A model generated the notes under the pieces. The model was not told where the DNA came from. It ran no database searches and worked only from the letters and a program-made list of their open reading frames with translations. This document shows, piece after piece, positions 1 through 9,678 of a stretch of 64,000 bases of DNA (its first letter is position 1; every line of letters starts with the position of its first letter). A program made the translations under genes and the position numbers. Source of the stretch: Candidatus Adlerbacteria bacterium (GTDB lineage: Bacteria; Patescibacteriota; Minisyncoccia; Phycocordibacterales; SBAW01); the NCBI GenBank assembly GCA_027451965.1, contig DAIDHJ010000001.1, forward strand, positions 162,368 through 226,367, given 5' to 3'.

Positions 1-190
1 ACAGTGTTTGCGGTGCAAATCCGTAATCAAACGGATAGGGAGCTGAAGAATAATTTGCCCGGTCCAACTTAATGAGCCCCGTTTTCTTATCGAGCTCATA
101 CTTATTGGAAGAGCCGCGCGGGATCTCAATAATAGTATTTATCTCTTGCGGAGCTGCATCTCCCAATGCAATGTCATGCCACAGATTCAT
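1..190 (-). CDS. ppa: Inorganic pyrophosphatase (family I). This is the N-terminal part; the gene runs off the window start.
   Basis: Reverse-strand translation from the ATG at 190 gives [63 protein letters not shown]. This matches the soluble PPase signature (IEIPxGSxNKYE...DYGFxPQT). The ORF is below the track length cut-off. Confidence 0.7.
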   Translation of the reverse strand, partial: MNLWHDIALGDAAPQEINTIIEIPRGSSNKYELDKKTGLIKLDRANYSSAPYPFDYGFAPQTL

Positions 191-199
191 ATGCAACGA

Positions 200-1375
200 T
201 TATACGGTACTATCAGTATCTTCTGCTAATTGACCGCTTTCCGTTGCTTCGACAATTTTCTCTCCGCCGATTGATTGGATATCAATACGCCAACCGGTAA
301 GTTTTGCCGCAAGGCGTACGTTCTGTCCTCCTCGTCCGATTGCAAGCGACTGCTGATCCTCCGATACTTTTACTTCTGCCTTATGCTCCTCCTCGTTAAT
401 TTCGACAGAAAGAATACGGGCAGGTGAGAGTGCTTCTTCGATAAAGACTTTTGGATCTTCAGACCATTCGATAATATCGATTTTCTCTCCACCGAGTTCC
501 GTAGTGACAGTTGAAACACGAACACCGCGCTGCCCTACCAGTGAACCGACGGGGTCAACATGCGGATCAGTTGAATATACGGCTACTTTGGAACGGCTCC
601 CTGCTTCTCGTGCAATGGATTTGAATACCACCGTGCCGTGCGCAACTTCAGGCACTTCTCCTTCAAAGAGTTTCGCAAGAAACTGCGGCTGTGCACGCGA
701 AAGGCGCAAATACATGCCGTGGGCACTCTCTTCTACTTCATACAACAGTGCGCGAATACGCTCTCCTTGGCGGTAGCGTTCCCCGGGAATTTGTTCATTA
801 TAAGGAAGGATGCCGGTAGCGCGGCCCAAGTCTACGTAGAGATTGCCGCGTTCCATTCGTTGCACGGTGCCGGTTACAATATCCCCTTGCCGTTTGCCAA
901 ATTCTGCAATGATAGATACTTTTTCCGCCTCACGGATTTTCTGAATGATGACCTGCTTTGCTGTTTGTGCTGCGATGCGTCCGTAATCACCTTTTGTCTC
1001 CAAGGGAAACACTAATTCATCACCTACCTGTGCATCGCGCTTTATGAGTTTGGCATCGGAAAGCAGGATATGCTGTTCGGGATTGAAATGAGGAAGCAGT
1101 TCTTCATCAGTGAGTTCCTGCGGTGCTTTTCCTGTTTCTTCAACAGCATCAAAGCGCACCGTAGATGCATCTACCACCACTTTTATCTGTGAGAATTCAG
1201 TCGTGCCGGTAGAAAGATCAAGATGTGCCCGAATGATCTGTCCTTTCTTGGCATATTCTTTTTTATATGCTGTTGCCAATGCAGCTTCAATCGCCTCAAT
1301 AACTTTTTCTCGCGGTATACCGCGCTCGCTCTCTAGCTCTCCGAGCACTGAGTTTATAACTTTCAGATCGAACAT
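200..1375 (-). CDS. nusA: Transcription termination/antitermination factor NusA
   Basis: 391 aa protein with an N-terminal NusA domain (MFDLKVINSVLGELESERGIPREKV...), an S1 region and tandem KH regions (GxxG motifs). The overall length fits NusA. Confidence 0.9.
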   Translation of the reverse strand: MFDLKVINSVLGELESERGIPREKVIEAIEAALATAYKKEYAKKGQIIRAHLDLSTGTTEFSQIKVVVDASTVRFDAVEETGKAPQELTDEELLPHFNPEQHILLSDAKLIKRDAQVGDELVFPLETKGDYGRIAAQTAKQVIIQKIREAEKVSIIAEFGKRQGDIVTGTVQRMERGNLYVDLGRATGILPYNEQIPGERYRQGERIRALLYEVEESAHGMYLRLSRAQPQFLAKLFEGEVPEVAHGTVVFKSIAREAGSRSKVAVYSTDPHVDPVGSLVGQRGVRVSTVTTELGGEKIDIIEWSEDPKVFIEEALSPARILSVEINEEEHKAEVKVSEDQQSLAIGRGGQNVRLAAKLTGWRIDIQSIGGEKIVEATESGQLAEDTDSTV

Positions 1376-1456
1376 ACGTAAAAATTGAAATTATGGGTAT
1401 TTCTGGCACAAAACAACCGCCCTCGGGGCGGTTTCCAGATATAAATATCGTAGTCC

Positions 1457-3211
1457 ATGAATTGTTGTTTGTCAATGTACGCTATACTAAAACGAGCTAT
1501 GCAGGTCGATGATGCACAACTGGGCGCTTTTCTGCTTGAAAGCGGTCTTCTATCGCGGCGTGATCTGCAAGATATCGAAACACATCGCACTACCACCGGC
1601 GTATCGTTACAAAAAGCAGTAACGCAAAGCGGCCTGTTATCGCAGGATGAATTTCGCCGAGCACTCGGTGCATTTCTTGGTATCCCATTCCTTGTATTGG
1701 ACGTGCATGCCATTCCAATTGATGTACTCACTACCATTCCAGAGCCGTTTGCACGTGCACATCATCTCATCGCGTTTGCTCGTTCCGGACAGACAGTGGA
1801 AATTGCAACACTCGAACCATCATTGCCTCCGTTGCCATTCTTATCTTCGCAGTTGCGTGTACTGGTTCGGCTCACTGATGCCGATAGTATGAAACGCGCA
1901 CTTCTTCGGTACCAAAAACATATCAAAGAAACGACGGGTGACTATATCGCGCGGCAGGTCCAGCATATTCCCTCCGGTCCCATTGCGGACATTGCACAGG
2001 CTGCAGAACGGCTTGCGGTTGCAGAAGTAGTTGACCTGGTGCTCAAGCATGCGCTCCTCTGTCATGCGAGCGACGTGCATATACAGCTTACTTCTGAGAA
2101 ATGCACGATTCGCTACCGCATACATGGTGTGTTATGTGATGCGTTTTTGCTGCCGTTGCACGTAGGTATGCATGTAAGCGCTCGGCTCAAACAGCTCGCA
2201 AAACTTTCTGTGCACACCAAACTGCCACAATACGGTCAATGCAAGGTGGAAGGCGATGTGCACGCGCGGCTCACTATTGCCAGCACCCCCACTCTTTTAG
2301 GAGAACAGCTCGTGGTACACATCATCCCGCACACGGCATCCAGAGGAGGATTCACACTCGAAGCATTGGGTTTTCATGGGCAATCGCTTGACCGCGTGCA
2401 TCGCGCACTGCAGCACCGTTCAGGATTGCTGTTAGTCTCTGGTCCAGCGGGTGCAGGAAAAACCACTACTCTGTATACATTGCTGGATGGACTTATTTCT
2501 CCTGAGAAACAGATTGTCACTGTAGAACAAGAGCGAAGTATCATGATTCCAGCAGTTGTGCAGTTGGAACGCACGCCGGACATATCACTGACAAACACTC
2601 TGCGCGCAGCACTGCGGCATGATCCTGACGTGCTCATGATAGACGCTATTGCCGATGAAGAAGTCGCAACACTTGCCTGCGCTGCGGCGAATCGAGGAGT
2701 GCTTGTATTGGCAGGCATAGAAGCGTATTCGGCGGGGGAGGGCGCTGCACTGCTGCAATCGCTCGTGCCTACCCTTCCTCTCGCTCCTATCCTTATCGGC
2801 AGTCTCGGTGTTTCTCAGGTACGGAAATTGTGTGACAAACGAGAAACGTACCGTCTTGCACGCGCACAAACGGAACAAATTGAATCTATTGCTGATCCGG
2901 TCCGCGTCCTCAATGCCCTCAAAAAGGAAGGCATGGTGGAAAAAAACGTTTCATGGAAAGAGCTGCTGTTTCCGCACGCGGTTTCCTGTGCACAGTGTGA
3001 TGCCGGATATAAAGGACGTATCGGTCTGCAGGAAGTGTTTCTCGTTTCACGTGCACTACAAGGTGCGTTGGAGAATCATGCAGATGCACTGACGATAGAA
3101 CGTATCGCATGGGAAGAGGGTATGCTTACCATTCCTGAAGATGGCATATACAAAACAGTAACCGGACTCACGACTCTTGCAGAGGTAGTGCGCGTGACAC
3201 AAGGAGAGTAG
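1457..3211 (+). CDS. GspE/PilB-family secretion ATPase homolog with degenerate catalytic motifs. It is an orphan, separate from the pilus operon.
   Basis: The N-terminal T2SE_Nter-like region (LLESGLLSRRDLQDIE...) and the Walker A motif LLLVSGPAGAGKTTTLYTLL are intact. The canonical Walker B motif DPDVIMVGEIRD reads DPDVLMIDAIADEE. The His box GHLVLSTLHTN reads NRGVLVLAGIEAY. Only one CxxC of the tetracysteine site is present (SCAQCDAGYKGRIGLQEV). The true start is probably an internal ATG (1475 or 1499). Confidence 0.75.
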   Translation: MNCCLSMYAILKRAMQVDDAQLGAFLLESGLLSRRDLQDIETHRTTTGVSLQKAVTQSGLLSQDEFRRALGAFLGIPFLVLDVHAIPIDVLTTIPEPFARAHHLIAFARSGQTVEIATLEPSLPPLPFLSSQLRVLVRLTDADSMKRALLRYQKHIKETTGDYIARQVQHIPSGPIADIAQAAERLAVAEVVDLVLKHALLCHASDVHIQLTSEKCTIRYRIHGVLCDAFLLPLHVGMHVSARLKQLAKLSVHTKLPQYGQCKVEGDVHARLTIASTPTLLGEQLVVHIIPHTASRGGFTLEALGFHGQSLDRVHRALQHRSGLLLVSGPAGAGKTTTLYTLLDGLISPEKQIVTVEQERSIMIPAVVQLERTPDISLTNTLRAALRHDPDVLMIDAIADEEVATLACAAANRGVLVLAGIEAYSAGEGAALLQSLVPTLPLAPILIGSLGVSQVRKLCDKRETYRLARAQTEQIESIADPVRVLNALKKEGMVEKNVSWKELLFPHAVSCAQCDAGYKGRIGLQEVFLVSRALQGALENHADALTIERIAWEEGMLTIPEDGIYKTVTGLTTLAEVVRVTQGE

Positions 3212-3221
3212 CGATTGTATA

Positions 3222-3989
3222 GTGAGTGATGTGAAGAAACTACTCGTTATTGCGAATTGGAAAATGTATCTATCGACTGGGGCGCAGGCAAAACACTTTG
3301 TCACCGCACTGCGCCGCAAAGATGCATTACTGCGCGCGGCCACGGTATGGATTGCAGCGCCATTCCCGCTCATCCCACAGTTCGCACAAGGAAAAAAATC
3401 GGTGATTAAATGGGGAGCGCAAACCGTTTCCAGTGCGACAGAGGGAGCGCATACGGGAGAAGTGTCTGCTCTAATGCTTAAGGATATCCGTGCATCGTTC
3501 GCCATTGTCGGTCACTCGGAGCGGCGTGCGGCAGGAGAAAGCGATACACAGATTGCAGCGGCGTTGCGCGCCACGGTAGTTGCAGGACTCACTGGGGTGC
3601 TGTGTGTTGGAGAGACACAACGTGATCAAGGCGGAGAACATTTTGAAACAATTGTAGAGCAACTCACGGCAGCACTCGCTTCGTTTCCGTCACAAGGAGT
3701 ATCGAAGCTCATCATTGCGTATGAACCAGTATGGGCAATTGGAAAAACCGCAGCGGACGCAATGAAACCAGGAGATCTTCAAGAGATGACCATCTTCATT
3801 CGCAAAACACTCACCGCGCTCCTTGATCGAGAAGCAGCACGTAAAATTCCCATCCTCTATGGAGGATCGGTGGAAGGAAGCAATGCGCGCTCCTTGCTTG
3901 AAGGAGGATACATTTCTGGATTTTTGGTAGGACATGCGAGCGCAGAGCTTGCATCGTTCACCGATATACTCGCTGCATGCAAAAAATAA
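3222..3989 (+). CDS. tpiA: Triosephosphate isomerase
   Basis: Motifs LVIANWKM, AIVGHSERR, IAYEPVWAIGKT and YGGSV are present. It begins with a GTG start. Confidence 0.9.
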   Translation: MSDVKKLLVIANWKMYLSTGAQAKHFVTALRRKDALLRAATVWIAAPFPLIPQFAQGKKSVIKWGAQTVSSATEGAHTGEVSALMLKDIRASFAIVGHSERRAAGESDTQIAAALRATVVAGLTGVLCVGETQRDQGGEHFETIVEQLTAALASFPSQGVSKLIIAYEPVWAIGKTAADAMKPGDLQEMTIFIRKTLTALLDREAARKIPILYGGSVEGSNARSLLEGGYISGFLVGHASAELASFTDILAACKK

Positions 3990-5104
3990 CATCGATCGCT
4001 GATGCACAGGTAGAAGGAAAGCGCGTGCTATTGCGCACATCGCTCAATGTGCCGATACGTGCAGATGGCACGGTAGGAGATCTGTTCCGTTTGCGTGCAG
4101 CCCTCCCGACTATCGAATGGCTCTCCCGGCATGGTGCATCCACCTGCGTACTGGCGCATTTGGGGCGCGATGGCGCATCTCTCAAACCGGTTGTAGAGAT
4201 ACTCGCATCTCTCACTACAGTACCTATACAATTTTTTGGAGGATCACTTGCTGAAGCACGTGCTCATCCCATTGCTCCGGGGAGCTGTGTAGTGCTCGAA
4301 AATATCCGCATACATCCAGAGGAAGAGGATAATGATCAGCAATTTGCCAATGCGCTCGCACAACTCGGCGATCTGTATGTCGACGATGCATTTGCGGATG
4401 CGCATCGCCGGCATGCATCTATCGTGAGCGTTCCGAAACTCCTTCCTTCCTACGCCGGCTTGCTTATGCTCAAAGAAATAGAACGCATTACGCCGGCCGT
4501 AACACCGCCCTCTCAATCGCTTGCGATCATTGGCGGCGCAAAATTTGAAACCAAAGAACCGCTTATCGCTCAACTGCTCACTCGTTATGAACGAGTGTTG
4601 CTCGGAGGGGCGCTCGCAAATGATTTGCTGAAGACACGAGGACTGCCGATCGGGAGTTCCCGCACCTCCGCCATCCCTATTCCAGTTGCTATTGCAGAAA
4701 ACGAACAGTTGGTAGCGCCCAAGGACGCCGTGCTCGTTGATGATGCATTGCACCGGCATCGTTGTGCTGGTATCAACGATGTACGCATAGCCGAACGAAT
4801 TGTTGATATTGGGCCTGAAACTGCAGGACTATGGGAATCATGCATTACGCAAGCGGCATTTGTGGTGTGGAATGGACCGATGGGAATTTATGAAGATGGA
4901 TTTGTTGACGGGACGGATGCTTTGGCAGAAGCGCTAAGTCGTGCAAATGTGCCTGCGGTGGTGGGAGGAGGTGATACGTTAGCCGCACTGCAAAAAATAG
5001 CATTTGATCCAGAAAAAATATTTCTCTCTACCGGAGGTGGAGCACTCCTGGAATTTCTTACTACGGGCACGCTTGCCGGTATCGAAGCACTCAAGCGTGT
5101 TTAA
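3977..5104 (+). CDS. pgk: Phosphoglycerate kinase
   Basis: N-terminal KRVLLRTSLNVP, together with glycine-rich nucleotide-binding segments (GGAKFETKEPLI, VVWNGPMGIYE, GGGDT). It overlaps the tpiA 3' end by 13 nt. Confidence 0.9.
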   Translation: MQKITSIADAQVEGKRVLLRTSLNVPIRADGTVGDLFRLRAALPTIEWLSRHGASTCVLAHLGRDGASLKPVVEILASLTTVPIQFFGGSLAEARAHPIAPGSCVVLENIRIHPEEEDNDQQFANALAQLGDLYVDDAFADAHRRHASIVSVPKLLPSYAGLLMLKEIERITPAVTPPSQSLAIIGGAKFETKEPLIAQLLTRYERVLLGGALANDLLKTRGLPIGSSRTSAIPIPVAIAENEQLVAPKDAVLVDDALHRHRCAGINDVRIAERIVDIGPETAGLWESCITQAAFVVWNGPMGIYEDGFVDGTDALAEALSRANVPAVVGGGDTLAALQKIAFDPEKIFLSTGGGALLEFLTTGTLAGIEALKRV

Positions 5105-5550
5105 GTAATTGCTGCTTTTATTTTCTCTGTAATACGTTCCGCTTCATCAGGCGGATAACTGTGTTGCGGCCAGTGTTTGTAGCCATCATGCAGAAATCGC
5201 GGAATGACATGCATGTGTGCATGAAAAATGATCTGCCCTGCAGCCTGGTCATTGTTCATACTGAGGTTAATGCCGTCAGCTTCCATTGCTTGTTTCACCG
5301 CTCTGGCCATTTTTTGCGTGGTATCCATGAGTGTATGCAGATCTGATGGAGCAATATCGTAAATATTGGCGGCGTGTGCTTTGGGAATCACCAAGGTATG
5401 CCCAGGGTTGTTGGGATGGATATCGAGAAATGCGAGCGTGTGTGCGTCCTCATAGAGCGTATATGCGGGAATAGAGCCTGATACGATACTGCAGAAGATG
5501 CATTCCATATTCCCTAGTATACTAAACGGCATGACGTATCGCGTGCGCAC
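5101..5550 (-). CDS. HIT-family (histidine triad) nucleotide hydrolase
   Basis: Contains CIFCSIV...HTLVIPKAHAANIYD...HAHMHVIPR (HxHxHxx triad). The likely true start is MECIFC at 5508. Confidence 0.8.
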   Translation of the reverse strand: MRTRYVMPFSILGNMECIFCSIVSGSIPAYTLYEDAHTLAFLDIHPNNPGHTLVIPKAHAANIYDIAPSDLHTLMDTTQKMARAVKQAMEADGINLSMNNDQAAGQIIFHAHMHVIPRFLHDGYKHWPQHSYPPDEAERITEKIKAAIT

Positions 5551-7180
5551 CCCATTTCACGAGGAATTACTCTATGATCTGTTGCACGCGAGAGGAATGA
5601 CCACAAAAGAGGAGCAGACAAAATTTCTTACGCCAGATTTTCTACGCGATTCACATGATCCGTTTCTGTTACCTGATCTCCCAAAAGCCGTAGAGCGGAT
5701 ACAGAGAGGAATAGCGAACCAGGAACCGATTGCCGTCTGGAGCGATTATGACTGTGACGGCATACCGGGCGGTGTCATGCTCGTCGAATTTTTTCGACTG
5801 ATCGGCTATCCCGTGCGGCACTACATTCCGCACCGGCACAAAGAAGGATATGGCCTCAACGAGGCGGGATTAACGCAGCTGGCCCAAGAAGGCGTACGTC
5901 TTATTATCACCGTCGATCTCGGTATCAGTGAACGGGATGCCGTAGAGTTCGCCAAAACGCTTGGCATCGATATCATCATCACTGATCATCATCTGGTATC
6001 GGGAAGAGTTCCCGATGCGCATGCGGTGATCAACCCCAAACGAGCTGACAATCAGTATCCGTTTGATGGATTGTGCGGCGCAGGAGTAGCATGGAAACTT
6101 GTACAAGGGATACTGAGCTGTAATCGATATGGTCTTAAGGAAGGTCAAGAGAAGTGGCTGCTCGATTTGGTAGGCATTGCGACGCTTGCTGATATGGTGC
6201 CGCTGCTCGATGAAAATCGTATGCTTGCTCGATACGGACTCATGGTAATGCGGCGCGCACGTCGACCGGGGATTGCCGCACTCCTCTCTTTGCTGCGTAT
6301 CCGTCCTTCAACGCTTACGGAAGATGATATTGGATTCATGATAGCGCCCCGTATCAATGCAGCATCGCGCATGGATGCACCTGAAACAGCCGCGCGATTG
6401 TTAGCAACGGGTGATACGGCGGAAGCGCGCACCCTTGCGCGCACCCTGCAGCAGCTCAATCAGCAGCGGAAAACACTTGTTGCTACCATTGCTAAAGAAG
6501 TAAATAAACGCCCCCTGGATCAGGAGGATGCGCCAGTCATCGTGATGGGTAATCCGAGCTGGCGTCCCGGCGTGCTCGGACTTGTCGCCAACTCATTGGC
6601 AGGAACGCATAAGAAACCGGTATTTCTCTGGGGAAGAGAGGGGGGAGATATGATCCGGGGATCCTGCCGCTCCGACGGCATACTCAATGTGGTGGAGCTC
6701 ATGCAGGGAGCGGGCGATGTATTTAGTGATTTTGGCGGCCACCATGCCTCCGGAGGTTTTTCACTCACACATGATCGTGTACCCGAACTAAGTAAGCGAC
6801 TCCAAGAATCATATCAGCGACTTCACGACGCATCCAGCGTTTTTCCAGATGCCATTGTGGAACGGGAGTTACCGCTGAGCGAAGTACTCCATGCGCATAA
6901 GGTATTGCTCCAGCTAGCGCCGTTCGGACAGGGGAATCCGAAACCACTATTTGTATTTCCGCGCGTCTCTATTGGAAATGTGCGCTCGTTCGGAAAGGGC
7001 GGTGAGCATGTGTCGCTACAGCTTTCAATGCATGACACTGCCATTCCTGCTATTTCATTTTTCATGACACCGGAAGCATTTCAGAAACCTCTGGAGGCGG
7101 GAATCACGGCGGACATCGTAGGGCACATAGAAACTGATTGGAAGGGTGCTTCAAGAATTCGCGTGGTTGATGTTATATAA
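5498..7180 (+). CDS. recJ: Single-stranded-DNA-specific exonuclease RecJ (DHH/DHHA1)
   Basis: DHH motifs DYDCDGI and ITDHH are present, with a C-terminal DHHA1 GGHxxAAG-like segment (FGGHHASGGF). The start is uncertain (5498 or the internal M at 5531). It is divergent with the HIT gene. Confidence 0.85.
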   Translation: MHSIFPSILNGMTYRVRTPFHEELLYDLLHARGMTTKEEQTKFLTPDFLRDSHDPFLLPDLPKAVERIQRGIANQEPIAVWSDYDCDGIPGGVMLVEFFRLIGYPVRHYIPHRHKEGYGLNEAGLTQLAQEGVRLIITVDLGISERDAVEFAKTLGIDIIITDHHLVSGRVPDAHAVINPKRADNQYPFDGLCGAGVAWKLVQGILSCNRYGLKEGQEKWLLDLVGIATLADMVPLLDENRMLARYGLMVMRRARRPGIAALLSLLRIRPSTLTEDDIGFMIAPRINAASRMDAPETAARLLATGDTAEARTLARTLQQLNQQRKTLVATIAKEVNKRPLDQEDAPVIVMGNPSWRPGVLGLVANSLAGTHKKPVFLWGREGGDMIRGSCRSDGILNVVELMQGAGDVFSDFGGHHASGGFSLTHDRVPELSKRLQESYQRLHDASSVFPDAIVERELPLSEVLHAHKVLLQLAPFGQGNPKPLFVFPRVSIGNVRSFGKGGEHVSLQLSMHDTAIPAISFFMTPEAFQKPLEAGITADIVGHIETDWKGASRIRVVDVI

Positions 7181-7616
7181 CAGGATGAAACAACTCACGA
7201 TTTATACCGATGGCGGCGCGAGAGGCAATCCCGGACCTGCGGGTATTGGAGCAGTATTGGTAGATGAGCAGGGAAAGGTGGTGAAGGAAATCTCCGAATA
7301 CCTGGGAGAAACAACGAACAATTTTGCTGAATATGAAGCATTGATCCATGCACTTACCGCAGCACGCGCACTCAGCGATCTGCATACGCATGTTGCGGTA
7401 TGCATGGATAGTGAACTGGCAGTGCGCCAGCTCAACGGCATGTATAAGGTAAAAGAGCCGACCCTCAAGCAGCAGTTTGCAAAAGTACAAGGGCTTCGCG
7501 ACTCCTTTTCGCACATTACGTTTACACATGTGCGCCGCGCACAGAATGCGCACGCAGATCGCCTGGTGAATCAGGCGATCGATGCGGCGTTAGGAAAGCG
7601 CCGCAAAGCGCTCTGA
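7146..7616 (+). CDS. rnhA: Ribonuclease HI
   Basis: Contains MKQLTIYTDGGARGNPGPAGIGAVL. The probable start is at 7185, just after the recJ stop. Confidence 0.8.
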   Translation: MLQEFAWLMLYNRMKQLTIYTDGGARGNPGPAGIGAVLVDEQGKVVKEISEYLGETTNNFAEYEALIHALTAARALSDLHTHVAVCMDSELAVRQLNGMYKVKEPTLKQQFAKVQGLRDSFSHITFTHVRRAQNAHADRLVNQAIDAALGKRRKAL

Positions 7617-8177
7617 CATCACCGACCAGTTAAGGTTTTTGAAAAATGCATCGATATAGGCACTGCGTCCGCCCGTGCCGAACTGGGCAAGGTATGCGTG
7701 TTCCCACACATCCAGTACGCAAATTGCCGGAAGCGATACAAGATGTCCTTGCATGTGCTCGTCCACCCATACATTGATGAATGCTTCTTGTGCTGGATCG
7801 TAGTACAGCACCGCCCATCCTACGCCGCGCATCATACCAACGGAGCGAAATTGCTGCTCCCACGCTGCAAAACTGCCAAACTGTTTTGTAAGGGCTTTAT
7901 GCAGTGGATCGTTGTCTGCAAGCTCCTTAGCGCCATGTTCCCATTGATCGAAATAGAGTTCATGCATGCGCATACCGTCCCATTCAAATGCGAAGCGTCG
8001 AACCGCTTCAGCAATAGCGGTGGTATGTTGCGCAGTATCTTTCCGCAAGTCTTCTAAAAGAGTGCTGAGGGCATTGGTATTCTTTACATATCCGCCATAC
8101 AGGCCGAGGTGTGCATCTACCAGTTCTTTTGAAATACCTTCAAGTGCTGGAAGGGAAAATTTTTTCTCTTGGTACAT
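7590..8177 (-). CDS. sod: Fe/Mn superoxide dismutase
   Basis: Contains LPALEGISKELVDAHLGLYGGYV...DVWEHAYLAQFGTGGRSAYIDAFFKNLNW, including the canonical DVWEHAYY-type metal-site motif. It overlaps rnhA convergently by 27 nt. Confidence 0.9.
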   Translation of the reverse strand: MYQEKKFSLPALEGISKELVDAHLGLYGGYVKNTNALSTLLEDLRKDTAQHTTAIAEAVRRFAFEWDGMRMHELYFDQWEHGAKELADNDPLHKALTKQFGSFAAWEQQFRSVGMMRGVGWAVLYYDPAQEAFINVWVDEHMQGHLVSLPAICVLDVWEHAYLAQFGTGGRSAYIDAFFKNLNWSVMSERFAALS

Positions 8178-8270
8178 ATCTAAATAAAATAAGACTTACC
8201 TACTAAGTTGTTATATGTGCTCAAGTATACCGCACCTGTCTCTATGTCTGGAGTGAATTGAAATGGGTGA

Positions 8271-8513
8271 TTATATAACCCCAGCCTTCTTGAGCGTTTT
8301 GTATGCGCCGTTTTTCACCAGCGTGCGGAATCCTTTCGTGGAAAGCGTGACGGTCACTGTGCGGTTGAGTTCAGGGATAAAGATTCGCTTTTTTTGGAGA
8401 TTTGCGTGCTTGCGAACGTTGCCGGTTGGGTTGAATTTGGTAGCACGAACACGATTGCTGTATCCACCAGCGACTTTCGAGCTTTTTTGGGTGACGGGAC
8501 AGATTTTTGCCAT
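8271..8513 (-). CDS. rpmB: 50S ribosomal protein L28
   Basis: MAKICPVTQKSSKVAGGYSNRVRATKFNPTGNVRKHAN... is comparable to the L28 consensus (CxVTGK...N.SHA.N.TKRRF.PNL). Confidence 0.8.
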   Translation of the reverse strand: MAKICPVTQKSSKVAGGYSNRVRATKFNPTGNVRKHANLQKKRIFIPELNRTVTVTLSTKGFRTLVKNGAYKTLKKAGVI

Positions 8514-8551
8514 ACAGAATATGTGACTGTGGTATCATACTTTTCTGAACT

Positions 8552-9190
8552 ATGCAAACTGATCTCATTATTTTTAGCCTTATTGTGCTCATTTTCTCTG
8601 CGATTTTGCATGAAGTGGCGCATGGGTACATGGCGGATTACCTGGGAGATCCGACTGCGCGGCTCATGGGAAGACTCACCCTCAACCCGCTCCCGCATCT
8701 CGATCCGGTCGGTTCTATCATCCTGCCGCTTCTTTTAAAGATAACCGGTTCTCCTATCTTGATCGGGTATGCCAAGCCCGTACCCTATAATCCCAATAAT
8801 CTGCCGGGCAAGTATGACGAAACACTTGTAGCCGCTGCGGGACCCGCTACTAATCTGGCCATTGCACTGGTATTTGGACTTATCGTGCGGTTCGGCGCTG
8901 CGGCAATGACGCCGACCCTCCTGCAAGCATTTGCTGTCATCGTGTACCTCAATCTGCTGCTCGGGTTTTTCAATCTCATCCCGATTCCTCCATTGGATGG
9001 TTCCAAGGTGCTCTCGGGCATTTTGCCTCGCCCCCTTGCCCATAGCTATGATCTGTTCCGTCGCAATTTCGAACGGCTAGGACTGCTCCCGCTCGTACTA
9101 CTCCTTCTGTTTTTCTTCTATGCGCTCAGCCCAGCCGTAACCCCCTTTCTTTCCTGGATATTTCAAGGGCTTACCGGGATGTCGTTATAG
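8552..9190 (+). CDS. Site-2-protease-family (peptidase M50-like) membrane zinc metalloprotease
   Basis: Polytopic membrane protein with the HExxH motif (ILHEVAHGYMADYLGDP), LNPLPHLDPVGS and a downstream LDGSKVL segment. Confidence 0.7.
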   Translation: MQTDLIIFSLIVLIFSAILHEVAHGYMADYLGDPTARLMGRLTLNPLPHLDPVGSIILPLLLKITGSPILIGYAKPVPYNPNNLPGKYDETLVAAAGPATNLAIALVFGLIVRFGAAAMTPTLLQAFAVIVYLNLLLGFFNLIPIPPLDGSKVLSGILPRPLAHSYDLFRRNFERLGLLPLVLLLLFFFYALSPAVTPFLSWIFQGLTGMSL

Positions 9191-9232
9191 CAGACTAGTT
9201 GCGAGCAACAAGCACCTGTAGTACAGTATCGG

Positions 9233-9252
9233 AGCCCACAGCGGGCTTTTTT
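9233..9252 (+). terminator. Hairpin plus T6, rho-independent terminator-like, immediately upstream of rpsL
   Basis: Sequence agccc-acagc-gggct followed by tttttt. It ends 8 nt before the rpsL ATG. Confidence 0.45.
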
Positions 9253-9259
9253 CTTAGAT

Positions 9260-9667
9260 ATGGCACGCATCTCACAATTGGTACGCAAAGGGCGCAAGCC
9301 GCTCCTTTCCAAATCCAAAGCACCAGCCTTGGCGCGCGGCTTTAATGCACTCAAAAATAAGCCGGTCTTCTATCCCTCTCCCTTCAAACGTGGCGTGTGC
9401 ACGAAAGTAACGACCAAGACGCCACGCAAACCAAACTCTGCTATTCGAAAAATTGCTCGTGTGCGCCTCACTAACGGTCAGGAAATCACTGCATACATTC
9501 CCGGAGAAACGCATAACCTCCAAGAGCACTCTGTGGTCATGGTGCGGGCCGGCCGTGTGAAGGATATTAACGTCCGCTATCAGGTAGTGCGCGGCCGATT
9601 GGATGCTGCAGGACTTGATAAACGCCGAGTATCTCGCAGCCGCTATGGTGCAAAGCGACCAAAATAA
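9260..9667 (+). CDS. rpsL: 30S ribosomal protein S12
   Basis: [13 protein letters not shown]...[60 protein letters not shown]...GAKRPK. It carries an ~11 aa insertion relative to E. coli S12. Confidence 0.95.
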   Translation: MARISQLVRKGRKPLLSKSKAPALARGFNALKNKPVFYPSPFKRGVCTKVTTKTPRKPNSAIRKIARVRLTNGQEITAYIPGETHNLQEHSVVMVRAGRVKDINVRYQVVRGRLDAAGLDKRRVSRSRYGAKRPK

Positions 9668-9678
9668 TTTTTTAGCAT

